64,000 bases of DNA, from NCBI RefSeq assembly GCF_963676685.1, contig NC_092355.1, positions 43,958,001 through 44,022,000 of the forward strand, read 5' to 3'. A program made the translations under genes and the position numbers. Each line of letters begins with the position of its first letter. The stretch's first letter is position 1. Positions 51,305-64,000 of this stretch are shown piece after piece. The DNA is from Mytilus edulis. Its lineage: Eukaryota. The notes beneath the pieces were generated by a model. That model saw only the letters and a program-made list of their open reading frames with translations, did not search any database and was not told the DNA's origin.

Positions 51305-53010
51305 GGGGCGAAAGATACCAAACGGACATTCAAACTAATAAGTCGAAAATATATTTGCAACGCCATGGCTAAAAAATGACAAAAGTATAAGAAACAATAC
51401 TTACATGTAAAAGATTAAAAACAGACACGAAACTCACCAAAATTCTAGAATGATATTGGGTGCTCCGGAACGTTCAGCAGCTCATTCTCCACTAAAGCAT
51501 TGTCGTGTAGCTCAAGTAATTACAAACCATGTAAAAAGTCTAATCCGGTAGGTCATATTCAAAGACAAGATGGACAGAAAATTGGATCATTTACCTCGTC
51601 ATCTTTGAAACAGACAATCTAGAACGGTCAATTTGAGATGGCATTTGTAAAATATAGTTGGGGCTGATTTTAGGTGGTTGACGCCTATTAAAACGTTTTA
51701 ACCCGCTGCATTTGTTTGCACTTGTCCTAAGTCAGGAACCTGTTTGTCGTTTGGTGATGTGGTTCATAAGTGTTTCTCGTTTCTCTTTTTTTTTTATGTT
51801 GATAAGACCATTGGGTTTTCCAGTTTGAATGATCTAACACTAATAATTTTAGGCCTTTCTCTATAGGTTGCTGTTCGGTGTGAGCAAAGGCTCCGTGTTG
51901 AAGGACGTACTTTGACCTATAATGGTTTCTTTTTACATATATATTGTGATTTGGATGGAGAATTATGTGTTTTGAATATTCCTTGGAGTTCGGTATTTTT
52001 GTTATTTATCTTCTTAGTGGTTGTAATAATTCTTCCTTAAATGTTTAATGGGGCAGGTTTTGTGTAAGGAGTACACCCTATTAATGAAGTCATAGTGTTA
52101 TCTTGCACACGAGTGTAACGTATCAATTTAGATAGGTAAACATCATACGACGAAGCATAGAATGCGCTTCCACTTAGAAATAGAAAGGTGAAAAAAGAAA
52201 AGTTGAAATCATCACTGGTGTTTATGAGATCTAACATAGCAATAGCAATGCCAACTTGCTGCAAAAATATCAATCCACCTAACTCAACAAATATGGTTTT
52301 AATTTTAGTTTTAGTTTTAGCGGGAATAAGTTTAGTTATTCACCAGTCCAGTAGTCAGGACTTCTTTGTTAACATGAGTTATTAATGATTTGGTTTTGTC
52401 ATAATTATAGATTATCTGTGAAAAAACTTCTTTTTTTTCGAAATATTAGGTATTTCTACCCCAGGAATACATTTCCTCAGTTGTAAAAACCTTTTGGATT
52501 TGTCGGTCTTTAATGTTTTTCAACTTCGTACTGTATTTGGCTTTTTAAATTGCGACACTAAACAAAATTTAAATCCTGGTTTCTATCATGAGTTTAACTT
52601 TACAATCTTCGTTTTCTCTTTTTGTAGAAAAATCACAGTTAAGTGAGGTGATTTAGTCCATTTTTCAATTGACCATGGGGAACAGCAGTGTACGGCATAG
52701 TAAAATCAAAGATTTTTTAACTGCAATACTTAAGCAAGTATTGCAAGGATTGTGATTAAAGGTTTTGGAAAATATCTTTTGAATTTTGACGAATCAACAT
52801 CTGATTGACACTGCTGGTTAAATATGCCATTATGCGATGTTTCTGAAAATCTTTTACCCTAGCGAGAATGGTGTCAAGAACTTTAGAAGGAATGTTTAGT
52901 TTAACATCTTGACAACCGGCCATACATCGTTCTTTAAAGGTGATGTTGGTGAGATTACGGTATCCAGTATATAATGATGGGAGATTTAGATAGTCCAAAG
53001 GAGAGATGAC
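51305..53010 (-). mobile_element. Highly decayed Penelope-like element with nested repeats
   Basis: LPSLY...VNQMLIRQNSKDI (RT N-terminal part, 52756-52998) and NFSFFTFLFLSG...SYDVYLSKLIRYTR (RT C-terminal part, ~52100-52210), followed by the non-coding tail. Confidence 0.55.
52628..52646 (+). CDS. Host gene candidate terminal coding exon A
   Basis: ctctttttgtag| gives (V)KITVK*. It lies within TE remnants. Confidence 0.35.
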
Positions 53011-54884
53011 CGAAATTGTGATTTTCTAAAATCTCCTCTTTCGTGAATAACGAATAGAAAAACTTGGGATTCGCAGTTGGTCTTTTTTTTTGTGATTTAA
53101 AATTCTCTTGTGAGACATCCAACTAATGTTTTTGCAAATGAGTTTGTTTCAGGCTTTTTCTGTTTGAACAATGTACATTTGTCATGATGGAGGGATAATT
53201 CATCCAAACCCTCGTGCTTCTTAAAGGGTTAGATATAAAAACAGGTTTAATCTACCATATAGAAATGCCTGTTTCAAATTTAGAATATAACCGCTATTTC
53301 CCGTTCGTTTAATGTGTTTGGGCTTTTTCTCCTTTGTAAAGGGACTTTCAGCTTTGAATATTTGTTGGGGTTCCTTTTTTTTTTGTTATTTTACTTTATT
53401 ACCTATGTGCTCAATGCACGTCGTAGAGACTTGCGTTTCTGAACGATAGCCAACCACCTTTAAATTTAAAGTCCAGTTTCGGCTTTATTAATTTTCTGGC
53501 ATGGTCCTGAATTGTATCCATCAATAACCTTAGTTTCTTCTTCCAGTTGATGGTTTTGAGTATTTCAGTATTTCGGACCTACTTTGGTTAAGTAGCCAAA
53601 CAGAGGTGTTCTATCATCAAAGTTTATTGAAATCACTACACCCTTGACTAGACAAAAACCTACACCATCGATGTTGACGTTGCATCTGTAAAGGAAAGCT
53701 GTTTTCAAATTTTGAATCCAAGTTTTCTCTTTGTAGTTGATATTGTGTACTCTATACATGCTATATGTGGTCATTTTTCGAATGAAATAGTTTCTCTAAA
53801 ATTCAAATTTTATGGAAAAATGAAATGGTAAAGTGTGTTCAGAAGAAATTAGTTGTTTTCTTGATCATTTACATTGGACTAGTGCTCATCTATCATTTTG
53901 TTTAGCCTTTGTCGTTTTCGACGACATAGATAATTCGCATAGAGACCATTTAGTATTAGGAATGGTCAATTTAATTGTAAATAAATATCAGTAATGAATG
54001 TTTTGCACAATTCGCAGTTTTCACAATTACAGTTAGAATATAAACAACCGTTACCATGAAAGCTGTCGATGAAATCATATATATATCTAAACATTGTACG
54101 ATACAGGTCCAAATATAAATAAATATTGTATTGAAAATAAGGAATCCGAACAAGGACGTTTTAATGACATCTTTTAAAATGAGCATGTGGCACATACAGT
54201 TGTAGCTCAAAAGTCTTTCACCTATCCCAAATTCCGCTGTTTGCATATGAAAGATACTCTGTTGTAACATTGTCAGAAAAACATTTGTTGTCCAATGTTG
54301 ATGAAACTTTTAATGTTGAACTCAAAACTGTGTACAGTTTTCCGTATTATGGTTCTTATGAGATATATTTGTGAGATACCATTACTGGGATATCATTATG
54401 TATAATATATAGAAATAGTTGAAAACTAAGTGGGTTTTTTTCCTATGCAGCCTTGTGATTTGTTTGTCTTTTCAGACATTTCTAAAAATAATGAAAAAAA
54501 TATTTATTTAAAAGAGGGACAACAGATACTAGAGCTACAGACAAACTCATAGATTGAAAATAACTGACAAAGCCATGGCTAAAAATAATTCAATTTGAGC
54601 AATTTTAACAGGTGTGTTTTAGTAGACGAAACGCGCGTCTGGCGTAAACATAAAATTTTATTCCTGGTATCCATGATGAGTTTATTTATATGATATAAAA
54701 GGTGAATTTCCGTTAAGTGAGACGCTTTTGATCTAGGACAGTCTTTCATTTGGATAAGATACAACAATTCAAAAATAATAATAAGTAGCAGATAATTTGA
54801 GAACATTTAAAAACAAAAAAGTATCTTATCATTTTCAAACTATCTGAAAGCATTTTTACCTATTCGTTGTTAATTTCTTTTCAG

Positions 54885-54894
54885 CAACATTTAG
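54885..54894 (+). CDS. Host gene candidate terminal coding exon B (or 3' UTR exon)
   Basis: tttcttttcag| gives (V)NI* followed by a second TAG. Confidence 0.4.
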
Positions 54895-56737
54895 TAGAGC
54901 AAGATTGGATGCATGGACATAGACGTTGGACTGAGGGACAAACGATAGGCAGTATTGACTTTTTTAATTGCGTATAGCAAAGTTGTCATAGATCTAGTTT
55001 TTAAATTATCTGATTGAAGGACACTAGGATAATTTACCATCAATTAGCATCCGTCGTCAGTTATCTTATATCTTCAATTTAAAATCTCTTCGGAAACTAC
55101 TGAACACTTTAATATAAAACTTCACAGACATAATTTCTGAGGGTGTCAAATTTACGGTTTGTAAACTTTATTATAGTCCAAAAACCAACAAGGACGTTTT
55201 TGCTAGATATGATTCATTTGGGTAAAGTAAAAAAAATATGATATTTGTATAACCACAATACATGCAGAAACAGACATTGCATGGGAGAAAAATGTCAAAA
55301 TATATCTCACCTCTTTGTATGCTGAAAATCATAAAATGATAACAATATATACTAAAATGCCAACATGACTAAAAGTTTGAATTGACCAATTATAATAATT
55401 CTGTCCCTTAAATAATGTAATCTAAAGCAGTTTTACCATGTCAACTATAAGAGAGCAACAGAAACAGTCTGTATCAAAAATTATCAGCAAAGCATTATGG
55501 CGAATGATTGATCAATCCATCATGTTATACCTTCTACGGGTTTTAACCCTACCACATGAGTGTCATGTATAAGGACTGGAATCTCATGGCGAGTTTGGCT
55601 ACAATGTACACACGGAAATACAATGCATATGGAAATACAATGCGTTACGAGGAATCTAGAGTTCCCTTCGGAATCCTCTGGTTTTATCTATTTAAATGCC
55701 TTTAAATAAATGCCCATTGACCCCCATTTTTCTTTTTATAAATCTTTTGCATGTATAATTATAGGCCACTTGTAAAAGTCTTATAAAATCTTAATTATTT
55801 TTAATAGTTTTGAGAACCTTAACTTGTCAATGATAAAGGTAAAAAAAATCAAGTGATACCATTTTCCCGCCAAAATTTCGATGGCTCATATCTCGAAAAC
55901 AAGCACATTGACCTCTATATATTTTTTGCTTTTTACATTCCTCAAGTAATCCCCTATCAAAATATACCAGTTTTATGAAAAGCTATTTAATTTGAAACCG
56001 ATTAGCGAACTTCCTTAATTCATATCGTATAATGTTTGGCTAGTCTGCTAAATGGTGAAAATGTTCTTACTTTATATAGTTTTGATATAAACAACAGTTC
56101 TCATTGTAATAATACACCGTGTTTGCTCCTAAAAACAGAAACTTCTCAAGGATCACTTTCCCTGTCCGCAATGATGGTCTTCACAACAGACTTGATTTAA
56201 AACTGCTCCTTTGATCTAATGTTTTTTTTACGAATTTCATATTATATCACGGGGAAATGTTTGATCCCGGTATATAGTATTTGCGGGAAATGTTGGCATC
56301 AAGCAATAATTATTTGTTTTGAAAATCATCAATCGGTTAACTCTTTTTTTTCGGACAATTTCATTAAAATAGTATCCGTTTAAAAATTTATAAAGAAATT
56401 ACACACTGAGTTAATTTTAGATATGATTTATTCCAAAACCGATCAATTTGAGTAGTAAAGAGATTTTTTGTGATTTTGAATTTTAAATTTAATGATTGTT
56501 TAAGGAGACCCGATGAAAATAGAATAAAGCGTCACATCAGATTAATTAACATTTAAACATATTTTTTTCATCAAAATATAGTTTTAAATGGTGGAATGTA
56601 CAAATTTGGATATTTTCGTCATTTTCACATACCACAAAGATGATGAGTTTCGGTCACTTCTCGTCAACTTCACAAATTATTTTGATTTTTAACTTTATTA
56701 TTTCGTGCGTCACTGAGTCATTTGTAAAATTTGTTAT

Positions 56738-57077
56738 GATAGTTATCAAAGGTACCAGGATTATAATTTAGAACGCCAGACGCGCGTTTCGTCTACATAA
56801 GACTCACCAGTGACGCTCATATCAAAATATTTAAAAAGCCAAACAATTACAAAGTTGAAGAGCATTGGGGATCCAAAATTCCAAAAAGTTGTACCAAATA
56901 CACGACTAAGGTAATCTATGTCTGGGATAAGAAAATCCTTAGTTTTTCGAAAAATTCAAAGTTTTGTAAACTGAAAATTTATCAAAATGACCACATTATT
57001 GATATTCATGTCAACAAAGAAGAGTTGACTACTGGGCTGGTGATACCCTCGGGGACGAAACTTCCACCAGCAGTGAC
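56738..57077 (-). mobile_element. Hammerhead-bearing unit, family B (core-mutated hammerhead at 56774-56815)
   Basis: CGUCA-CUGGUGA-GUCU(UAUGU)AGAC-GAAA-CGCGC-GUC^-UGGCG. All stems are perfect but CUGAnGA is changed to CUGGUGA. Homologous to 29490-29750. Confidence 0.75.
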
Positions 57078-57769
57078 ACAGGGATTGAAAACATAAAAAT
57101 TCATATCTTTTGTAACCCCACCCCAACGGTCAGATGAACACTTGTTTAATTTTATAAAATCTAGAAGTTTTTATATTATCATACAAATAAAACTGTTAAC
57201 ACAATCTTGGCCATAGCAAAAAGTGATTTTCAATTCATTTCGTGTTTTATTAACCATGGGAAGGAACATTTTATGAAATCTAGAAGTTTTATATTATTGT
57301 CCAAATAAAAAGGGATATAAAGAAACTGTTAACACAAACTTTGTCATAGCAAAAAGAGATTTTCGATTCATTTCGATTTTTATTAACCTAGTGGTGGAAC
57401 ATTTTATTATCATGGGGTATAAATATTCTTGGTGATTTTCAAACTGACATGTTTGCAAGACTAGCGATTCAGGCTCGTTGGTACCTATGGTTTGTTCTAC
57501 ATTTAGTATTATCAAATTTTTTAATAAGAATAAGATTTCAAAAATCATTATAACACAACTACTTCTGAGAAAACAATGACGTATATAGTGAATGACTTGT
57601 GTAATTAACTGCCGAATTTTACATTTTACTGCCTAAAACATGTTCGGTGTGTCTTATGTTTTCATATTAAATAATGTTTCTGCTTAATATATGCTGTCTT
57701 ATTCAACTGCAATTTTTGAAATTATGATGAATTAAAAATAATATGTAAGTCTGTCCACTACCATTATTA

Positions 57770-59124
57770 TGCATAGGTCACACATATATATACTGATTTG
57801 ATTCCGGAATAGCTACAGATACGATCCAGATTCATTCGTTGCAATCTCTATGAGTCATTTTATTTCTGTATTGTAGCCTTAGGCAGACGTAGTAGTATTT
57901 GTATATCCTTGACAACGTTTGCAGATGCGCAAAATGTGTCCACGGATAAAACAACTGTAGTATATCCTTATCACACCGTATTAGAACGAACTGATCCGTT
58001 TTAGTCCCTAACCCATACAATTCAAAGACCAAAAGATAATTTCGTACTAGTATAAGGATACAATACGATTTGTTACTAATTTGTCACGGAACGGCACGAT
58101 ATCATTATGTTGCGATACGGATAGCTTGGGATCAGTCATGGTTCTCAAAGTCTGTGAAGGTTTACAACGCTACAACACGACAATCACTAGCTATCCGTAC
58201 CGCAACGACAAAATACGGAATATTACGGTCCACGACAATCTGACATTATGGCTCTGTATAAATACTCCCTAAGGCCCAACGTAGTCTGTCTTGCCGTAGA
58301 AGTATACATATCATCATCCAACATGAATAATCAACAACTGATGCTTGCAATTAATCGGCTGGAATTTGATATTGATATGGTACAAAATGCCAGGGCAGTG
58401 GTCGAGCTACTTGATAGCAGAAAGAGGCAATAGTAGTATACCGCTGTTCGAAATAAATCGATAGAAAAAAAAACAAATCCGGGTTATAAACTAAAACTGA
58501 GGGAAATGCATTAAATATAAGAGGAGAAAGAGGAGACCAGAGCAAAAGGAGATGGCGATCTAGGGACTGGCTTCTCCAAAAACCTATCAATGGCCAGTAT
58601 GAGGCCTCATGACTGAATTGTGTGCAGAAAATCTGCTTTTTTAAGATTATTGTTAGAATAGTCTCAAAATAATGTTTTAAAGATTGCTACATATTGTTGG
58701 TCCGAGATTTTCAATGACCACCACCTTGTGCAGATAGACGGATAAATGATTTATCAAACAAAACATAAAACATATAAAAAAATATAATATTCACTGCCAC
58801 ATATAAATAATAAATCATAAGCTGAATACGAAAAACAGCTTTTAGATAATATGGCGGTTCGTACTATTCCGTATCAGACCATTCTCATTCTTTGTAACCC
58901 TTACTTATACTTTAGTAAACCGTTGTTTATCCGCAATACATATTCGCCGACACGTGTCGTTGCGTACTTAACAGTGTCATTTCCGTAATAAACCGTTTTT
59001 AAATACCCAAGAACCCATGTCACTCATGTCGCCAAATGACCCCTTTCCTACATAACGGGATTATCCGTGAGATTTTATCCGCAGTTGAACCAGCGATGTG
59101 ATCCGTTGATGTGTGACCTATGCA
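57770..59124 (+). mobile_element. PIF/Harbinger deletion derivative
   Basis: tta|tgcataggtcacacat ... atgtgtgacctatgca|taa (TWA target). Internal remnant MNNQQLMLAINRLE...RRWRSRDWLLQKPINGQYE resembles a Harbinger transposase N-terminus. Confidence 0.65.
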
Positions 59125-62100
59125 TAACATTCTGTATTTGGAAATCAATATTTTAGAAGCATCTGAATATGGGATAAATGTATCTCCCTCAAGCAATGGT
59201 ATGAAGGTTTCTTGTTTTTATCTAGTTCAAACTATTTCTATAAAAAAATCATGATAAAAAGTAAAATTACAAAAATACCAAACTCCGAGGAAGATTCAAA
59301 ACGGAAAGTATCTAATCATATGGCAACATCAAAAACATCAAACGCCGAATGGATAACAACTTTCCTATTCATGAATTTGGACAGGCATTTTCTATGTAGA
59401 AAATGGTGCATTAAACCTGGTTATATAGCTAGCTACACTTCGCAAATGTATGACAGTCACACAAAAAATCCATTATATTGACATCAATGTGTGAACAAAA
59501 CAAACAAACATAAAAGGTTTTGGGGCCCTTTATGTCTTGCTGTTCGGTATTAGCCAAGGCTCCTTGTTAAAGACCATACTTTGACATATAATGGCTTACT
59601 CTTACAAATTGCGACTTGCATTGAGAGTTGGCCCATTGGCATTCTTACCACATCTCCTTATATCTATAAATGTCAAAATTAGTGGCAAATTTCTTGACTT
59701 GACTTTGACGGAATCGCTGTCATAGATTGCCACAAATATATACGTGCCATTACGAAATGTTCTAGTATCATCCACATTTCCCCCACTGCAATGGTTACAC
59801 ATACTTTGCGAGTTTGTGTGTTGAAACACAGGCTCAAACAGGAGATAAATCATTTCATTAGACATTGAGCAAGCTACAGTCATCAAGCAAACCTTGTAAA
59901 TAGAAGTGTTGTGATCAGCTAAATCATCACGCTTTTTAAATTTGTAATCTGCAATTCGTTAACGATTACTATGAAAACTCACATTTTCATAATTTCGTAG
60001 TGCGGGAATCAATGGATTTTGAGCGTTAGAACAAAAAATACATTTCTACCTGTATATCGTGTACTAAATGTTCTGACATAGAGTGTGATCCCCAAGCGCA
60101 TGGCCAAAAAACGTCTTTCATATTTCCATGAAACCACCTGCACAAGAAGACTTTATTAAACATTTTGTTTCTAATTCATGAATTTTGGTGACTAAGTGAA
60201 ATCGCTAGTCTAGATTATCAAATTCTATGAAATATTTTCGTTCAGTTTCATCTAGCGATCTTTTACACTAAATGGAAAAGAAAAATAACTCGCCAGAAAT
60301 AGTCATGTTTAAAAGGTTAAAAGACATCAAATTAATATTACTTTTAATTTAAGAACATTGTTTTTTATATCAAGAATAACAAAAACAAGTTGATAATGAA
60401 CATGAAAGAAACTTCACTTCCAATTATATGGTATTAAATTGGGTTTTTTTTTTGTTTTCAGATTTCAAGTCTCACTGCTAGTCGACACATAATCCTTTAT
60501 CCTTCTCATACTATTCAGATCTATTCATATCTGATCTGTATTTTTTAGTCCGTACCGGGAAAACTTTTGGAATGTTACAACCTACATCTTAAAATACAAT
60601 TTCTTTAAAAAAAAAAAGAAGAAAACGATGGTTTCATGTAGATGGCTATATTTATAAGTGTATACATAATGTGTAAGGTCATATGATCCTTCGCATTTAA
60701 CCAAAATAGTGCAATACCTTGTTCAATTGCTATACCACGAGCAACATGATTGGGGCTACTAGTGAATTGTGATTTGCTATACCCTTCTGGATCACCTGAG
60801 ATCACCCATAATTTTTAGTGTATAGTTTTCTGTGTAGTGTTATTGTGTCTTATTTGTCTTTTTATTTAAAATTCGCAAAAAAAATAAAATTTGAAATTAT
60901 GTTTATCCTTAATAAATAAGCATATTCCCAAAATATTAAAGGTTTATTCGTCTAGATAAGTGAGTTATTAGATTTTTAAAATCGACTCTCAATTCTCGGG
61001 AAGACGCCATCTTGAAAACTAATGACCACGGATATCTAATTACCACAAAGTCCTAGTATCCAGCATGACATGTCCGTTAATCAGTGTTCAAATGACTTGT
61101 CAAGCTGATGGATGTTCTACCCGACCAAGTAATGGAAGAAGTCTACATAGTTTCCAAAATCATCAAATCAAGTAATGGTTCACTAAGATTGATAAGAATA
61201 TTTCAATAAATTAATCCTAATTTTTTTAGAGGGTTAAATATTCAGCGTACAATGGTGAAGTCAGGTTGAAAAGCTGTAAATGACAAAAGATCGTATATTC
61301 CCCATTTCCATTCTCAATTTTATTGGTTTAAGCTCGTCACTAAATTTACATTTTTGGCACCGAGATGCAGTTTTAAGTTTTATATAGGATTTATGCTATA
61401 ATAATGTAAAAGTAGTCACAATAAAGTGAAAAAAAAGTCCGGAGATACTTATTGTGGAGGAATTATAAACTGAGATTTATCTTTGCTGTAAAAGTTTTTT
61501 TAAATGCTTTTTTCTAACGTATATTTTTAGATTATTTTGGGTTTTGATCTAACTTGACCAACGTTCAAAAACTTGTCTTCTTGTATTCAGCATGGCTTAA
61601 TACCGGTAATTACCGGGGTATTGTAAAAATGACATATTCGGGTATTCTTACGGTCGACTTCCTGACAGGCTTGTTTAATTTAATACACAATGAACAAGGT
61701 CAATGAAGCACGTGCGTGATTGCGAGTGAACCAGGTGTGCTCAGGTAAAACTTATAAAATATACCATACCAATATAAAACTGTCCGTGATATACAGCCTG
61801 TGTACAAAATCTAACAAAAAAGAGTGGTTATAAGAATAGGTATAGACCAAATCTCCATGTTATCTAAATTAAATTTTACTTTTATTTATATTTCAGCACC
61901 TATTCTTCCGTTTTATATATAATTGTTGGTCCCGTTATTTTTAATCAGTTCGTCCCGTTTATACCCTCACATATGTATCTAGAAAACTGCTATATTTCAA
62001 AATGAATGCCGTTTTTTATAATTGTTCATTTATTTTACATGTGAAACCAGAATATAAATTAGGAAACTTCGGACTATACAAATGCAGAACATACTGTGCC

Positions 62101-64000
62101 GGTTTGCTTTCGTCTAACGAGATAAGAGAAATGAAAAAAAAAACTGTCATGTAAAAACAAGCACGCTCAAATCAAAATGTAAAAAAATATGTGAGTAAAA
62201 ATTAACTGGATCAGAAAAATTAACAACCTTTGATCTCGAGTATATTGGTAATAAATTTATTTGTTTTTATAGTATAGCTTCTTCCATTATCCAAATGATA
62301 TCAGATAATCTATATTATTTCATAAGATTAACCCTTCCGACCTCACTAGAATCTGAGACTATGTGTTATAGTGGTATCAGCTAAAATCTATAAATGCCAA
62401 TTATAACACTAGAAGTAAAAATGTAATACAGGTACACCTTTCATTTGGTCATGGCTTTCAAATGTCTTAATTTAAGTGTGCCCGTACAATTTTTGCCTAT
62501 TAAGAACAATTAAAATGCTTGTGTAAAACTAGTTTTATTTTCCCTTTAAAAAAATTATAAATAAATAATAAGAGTGCATATCATTTCATTCCGACAACTA
62601 AATTTAATTTCCAGACTTTAACCGGTTCATTTCTTAGTTTAGTAACTTCTATGAACATGTTGAATTCAAATAAAATAATAGCACCAAATATAATTAAATA
62701 ATTCCACGGCGATTCACTTGTATTTGTCAACACCTTGAATGTATTTTAAATTTGTGTATTAAACTTGACCTACCCACTGATGCGAATAGACAGTCACACA
62801 TGGCACGGTGTGCCCTAGAGGCCAAGCTATTTACTGATCTGCAAATAACTTTTCACCTTTATACAGGTCTTTCACGAGTATTGTCGGAGAATAATACACA
62901 CATCGCATAAATAAACTCATAACGTAGATAGAAAAAGGTCAATAAGTGTAAACCTATATATTGTCTTAACAGTTTAAGTTATATACTTTAATTTATTCAC
63001 TTTATCAGTCTCAAAAAGTATAAATTTAAGCAAAAACAAAATTAATTATAATAATTTCTTGTGCCGTCTACAAAAATAATTCGAAATATATACGGTAAAT
63101 ATAGAAATTTTACTCGTGAATGTGTACAACTGCACGACAGTGCGTTTTATTTTCTTATTATCGGATGGTTATTAGATAGAGCATTAGTCATCGGCACGCT
63201 TACGATAACGGTAAAATATGATTAAAAACCAAGACTTTTAATGATTGTATTTAAATCCCGGCATGCAAAAACCAGGAGAAAACGTCACGACCTACAGGAA
63301 GTAGTTAATATTTTTTCATTAATTATTGAATTTCTCCTTTATCACTGCACATATAGCGATAAAACTTTGTGAATATATATATTATGTCACAATGAACATA
63401 TTTAAACCATAAGTAAAAAATCGCGAATTTTCCCTTTAAGGACATAAATGAATTAATTTCAAAAGATCAATGACGGCTCCCAGTTCGTACTACGGTTGGT
63501 ACGGTAGCAAATCGGGAAGGCAGTGGCTATTTGACCGGCACCGGCAAAATAGCAAATTTGCTATTTAGCCGGCTCTGATTAAATTATATCTAACTGGAAT
63601 TTAAATTTAAGAATAATAATTAAATATCAAAATTTTCTATTTAAAAACTTTTGTTACTGTTGATCATATAAACACTTAAACTTCTTATCTAAAAAAAAAT
63701 TTAAAAAAAACTGTGTACACATCGAAAATTTGACAAAAATAAAAAAATGATGAATCTATTATGAATAAAAGTGAAGTAATAAGATAAATTTAAAATTGAA
63801 ATACAAATATGATAGTAGTCACTTTGTAGCTACATTCCGGAAACTAGTATACTCTTTTCATTTACGGAACCAGCATTGTGATTATGTTGCCGATGCAATC
63901 GCAGAATGGTCTTTCAGTACATTGAGAAGACTTGAGAAATACATATAGAACAATAGGTAGTTTCGTTTTTGATACTGACTATATCATGTGGAATATAAAG

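Noticed and set aside
59200-64000. Further host exons or a second gene
   Set aside because: A few acceptor-like sites exist (e.g. 60460, 61897), but no consistent open, phase-compatible exon chain was found. The region is mostly AT-rich repeat debris.

Overview
AT-rich, repeat-dense, intron-containing eukaryotic DNA. The repeat families resemble those of a bivalve mollusc, possibly Mytilus; this is recognition from memory, not a database result. 1-33 kb is a nest of transposons. It holds a decayed BEL/Pao LTR retrotransposon (6240-~19314, minus). That element is interrupted next to its 5' LTR by an apparently identical head-to-tail dimer (period 3467 bp) of an Academ-like TIR element, which carries a captured Gypsy gag-protease fragment. 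Next is a decayed LINE (19681-~25790, minus) split by two TSD-flanked DNA elements, plus Helitron, Helentron-like, Kolobok-like and Penelope-like remnants. 33-55 kb holds one host gene that the ORF track mostly misses. Joining its GT-AG exons gives signal peptide + one Ig-like domain + 3 TM helices, with a Cys-rich cytoplasmic loop and a short tail. At least 8 copies of a type I hammerhead ribozyme motif are scattered across the window (2 intact, 2 near-intact, 4 degenerate or truncated). They belong to three non-coding unit families resembling animal retrozymes or Penelope-associated non-autonomous elements. One is a 1.5-mer of a 544-bp unit inserted into (TA)n, and two families share a second covarying RNA structure.
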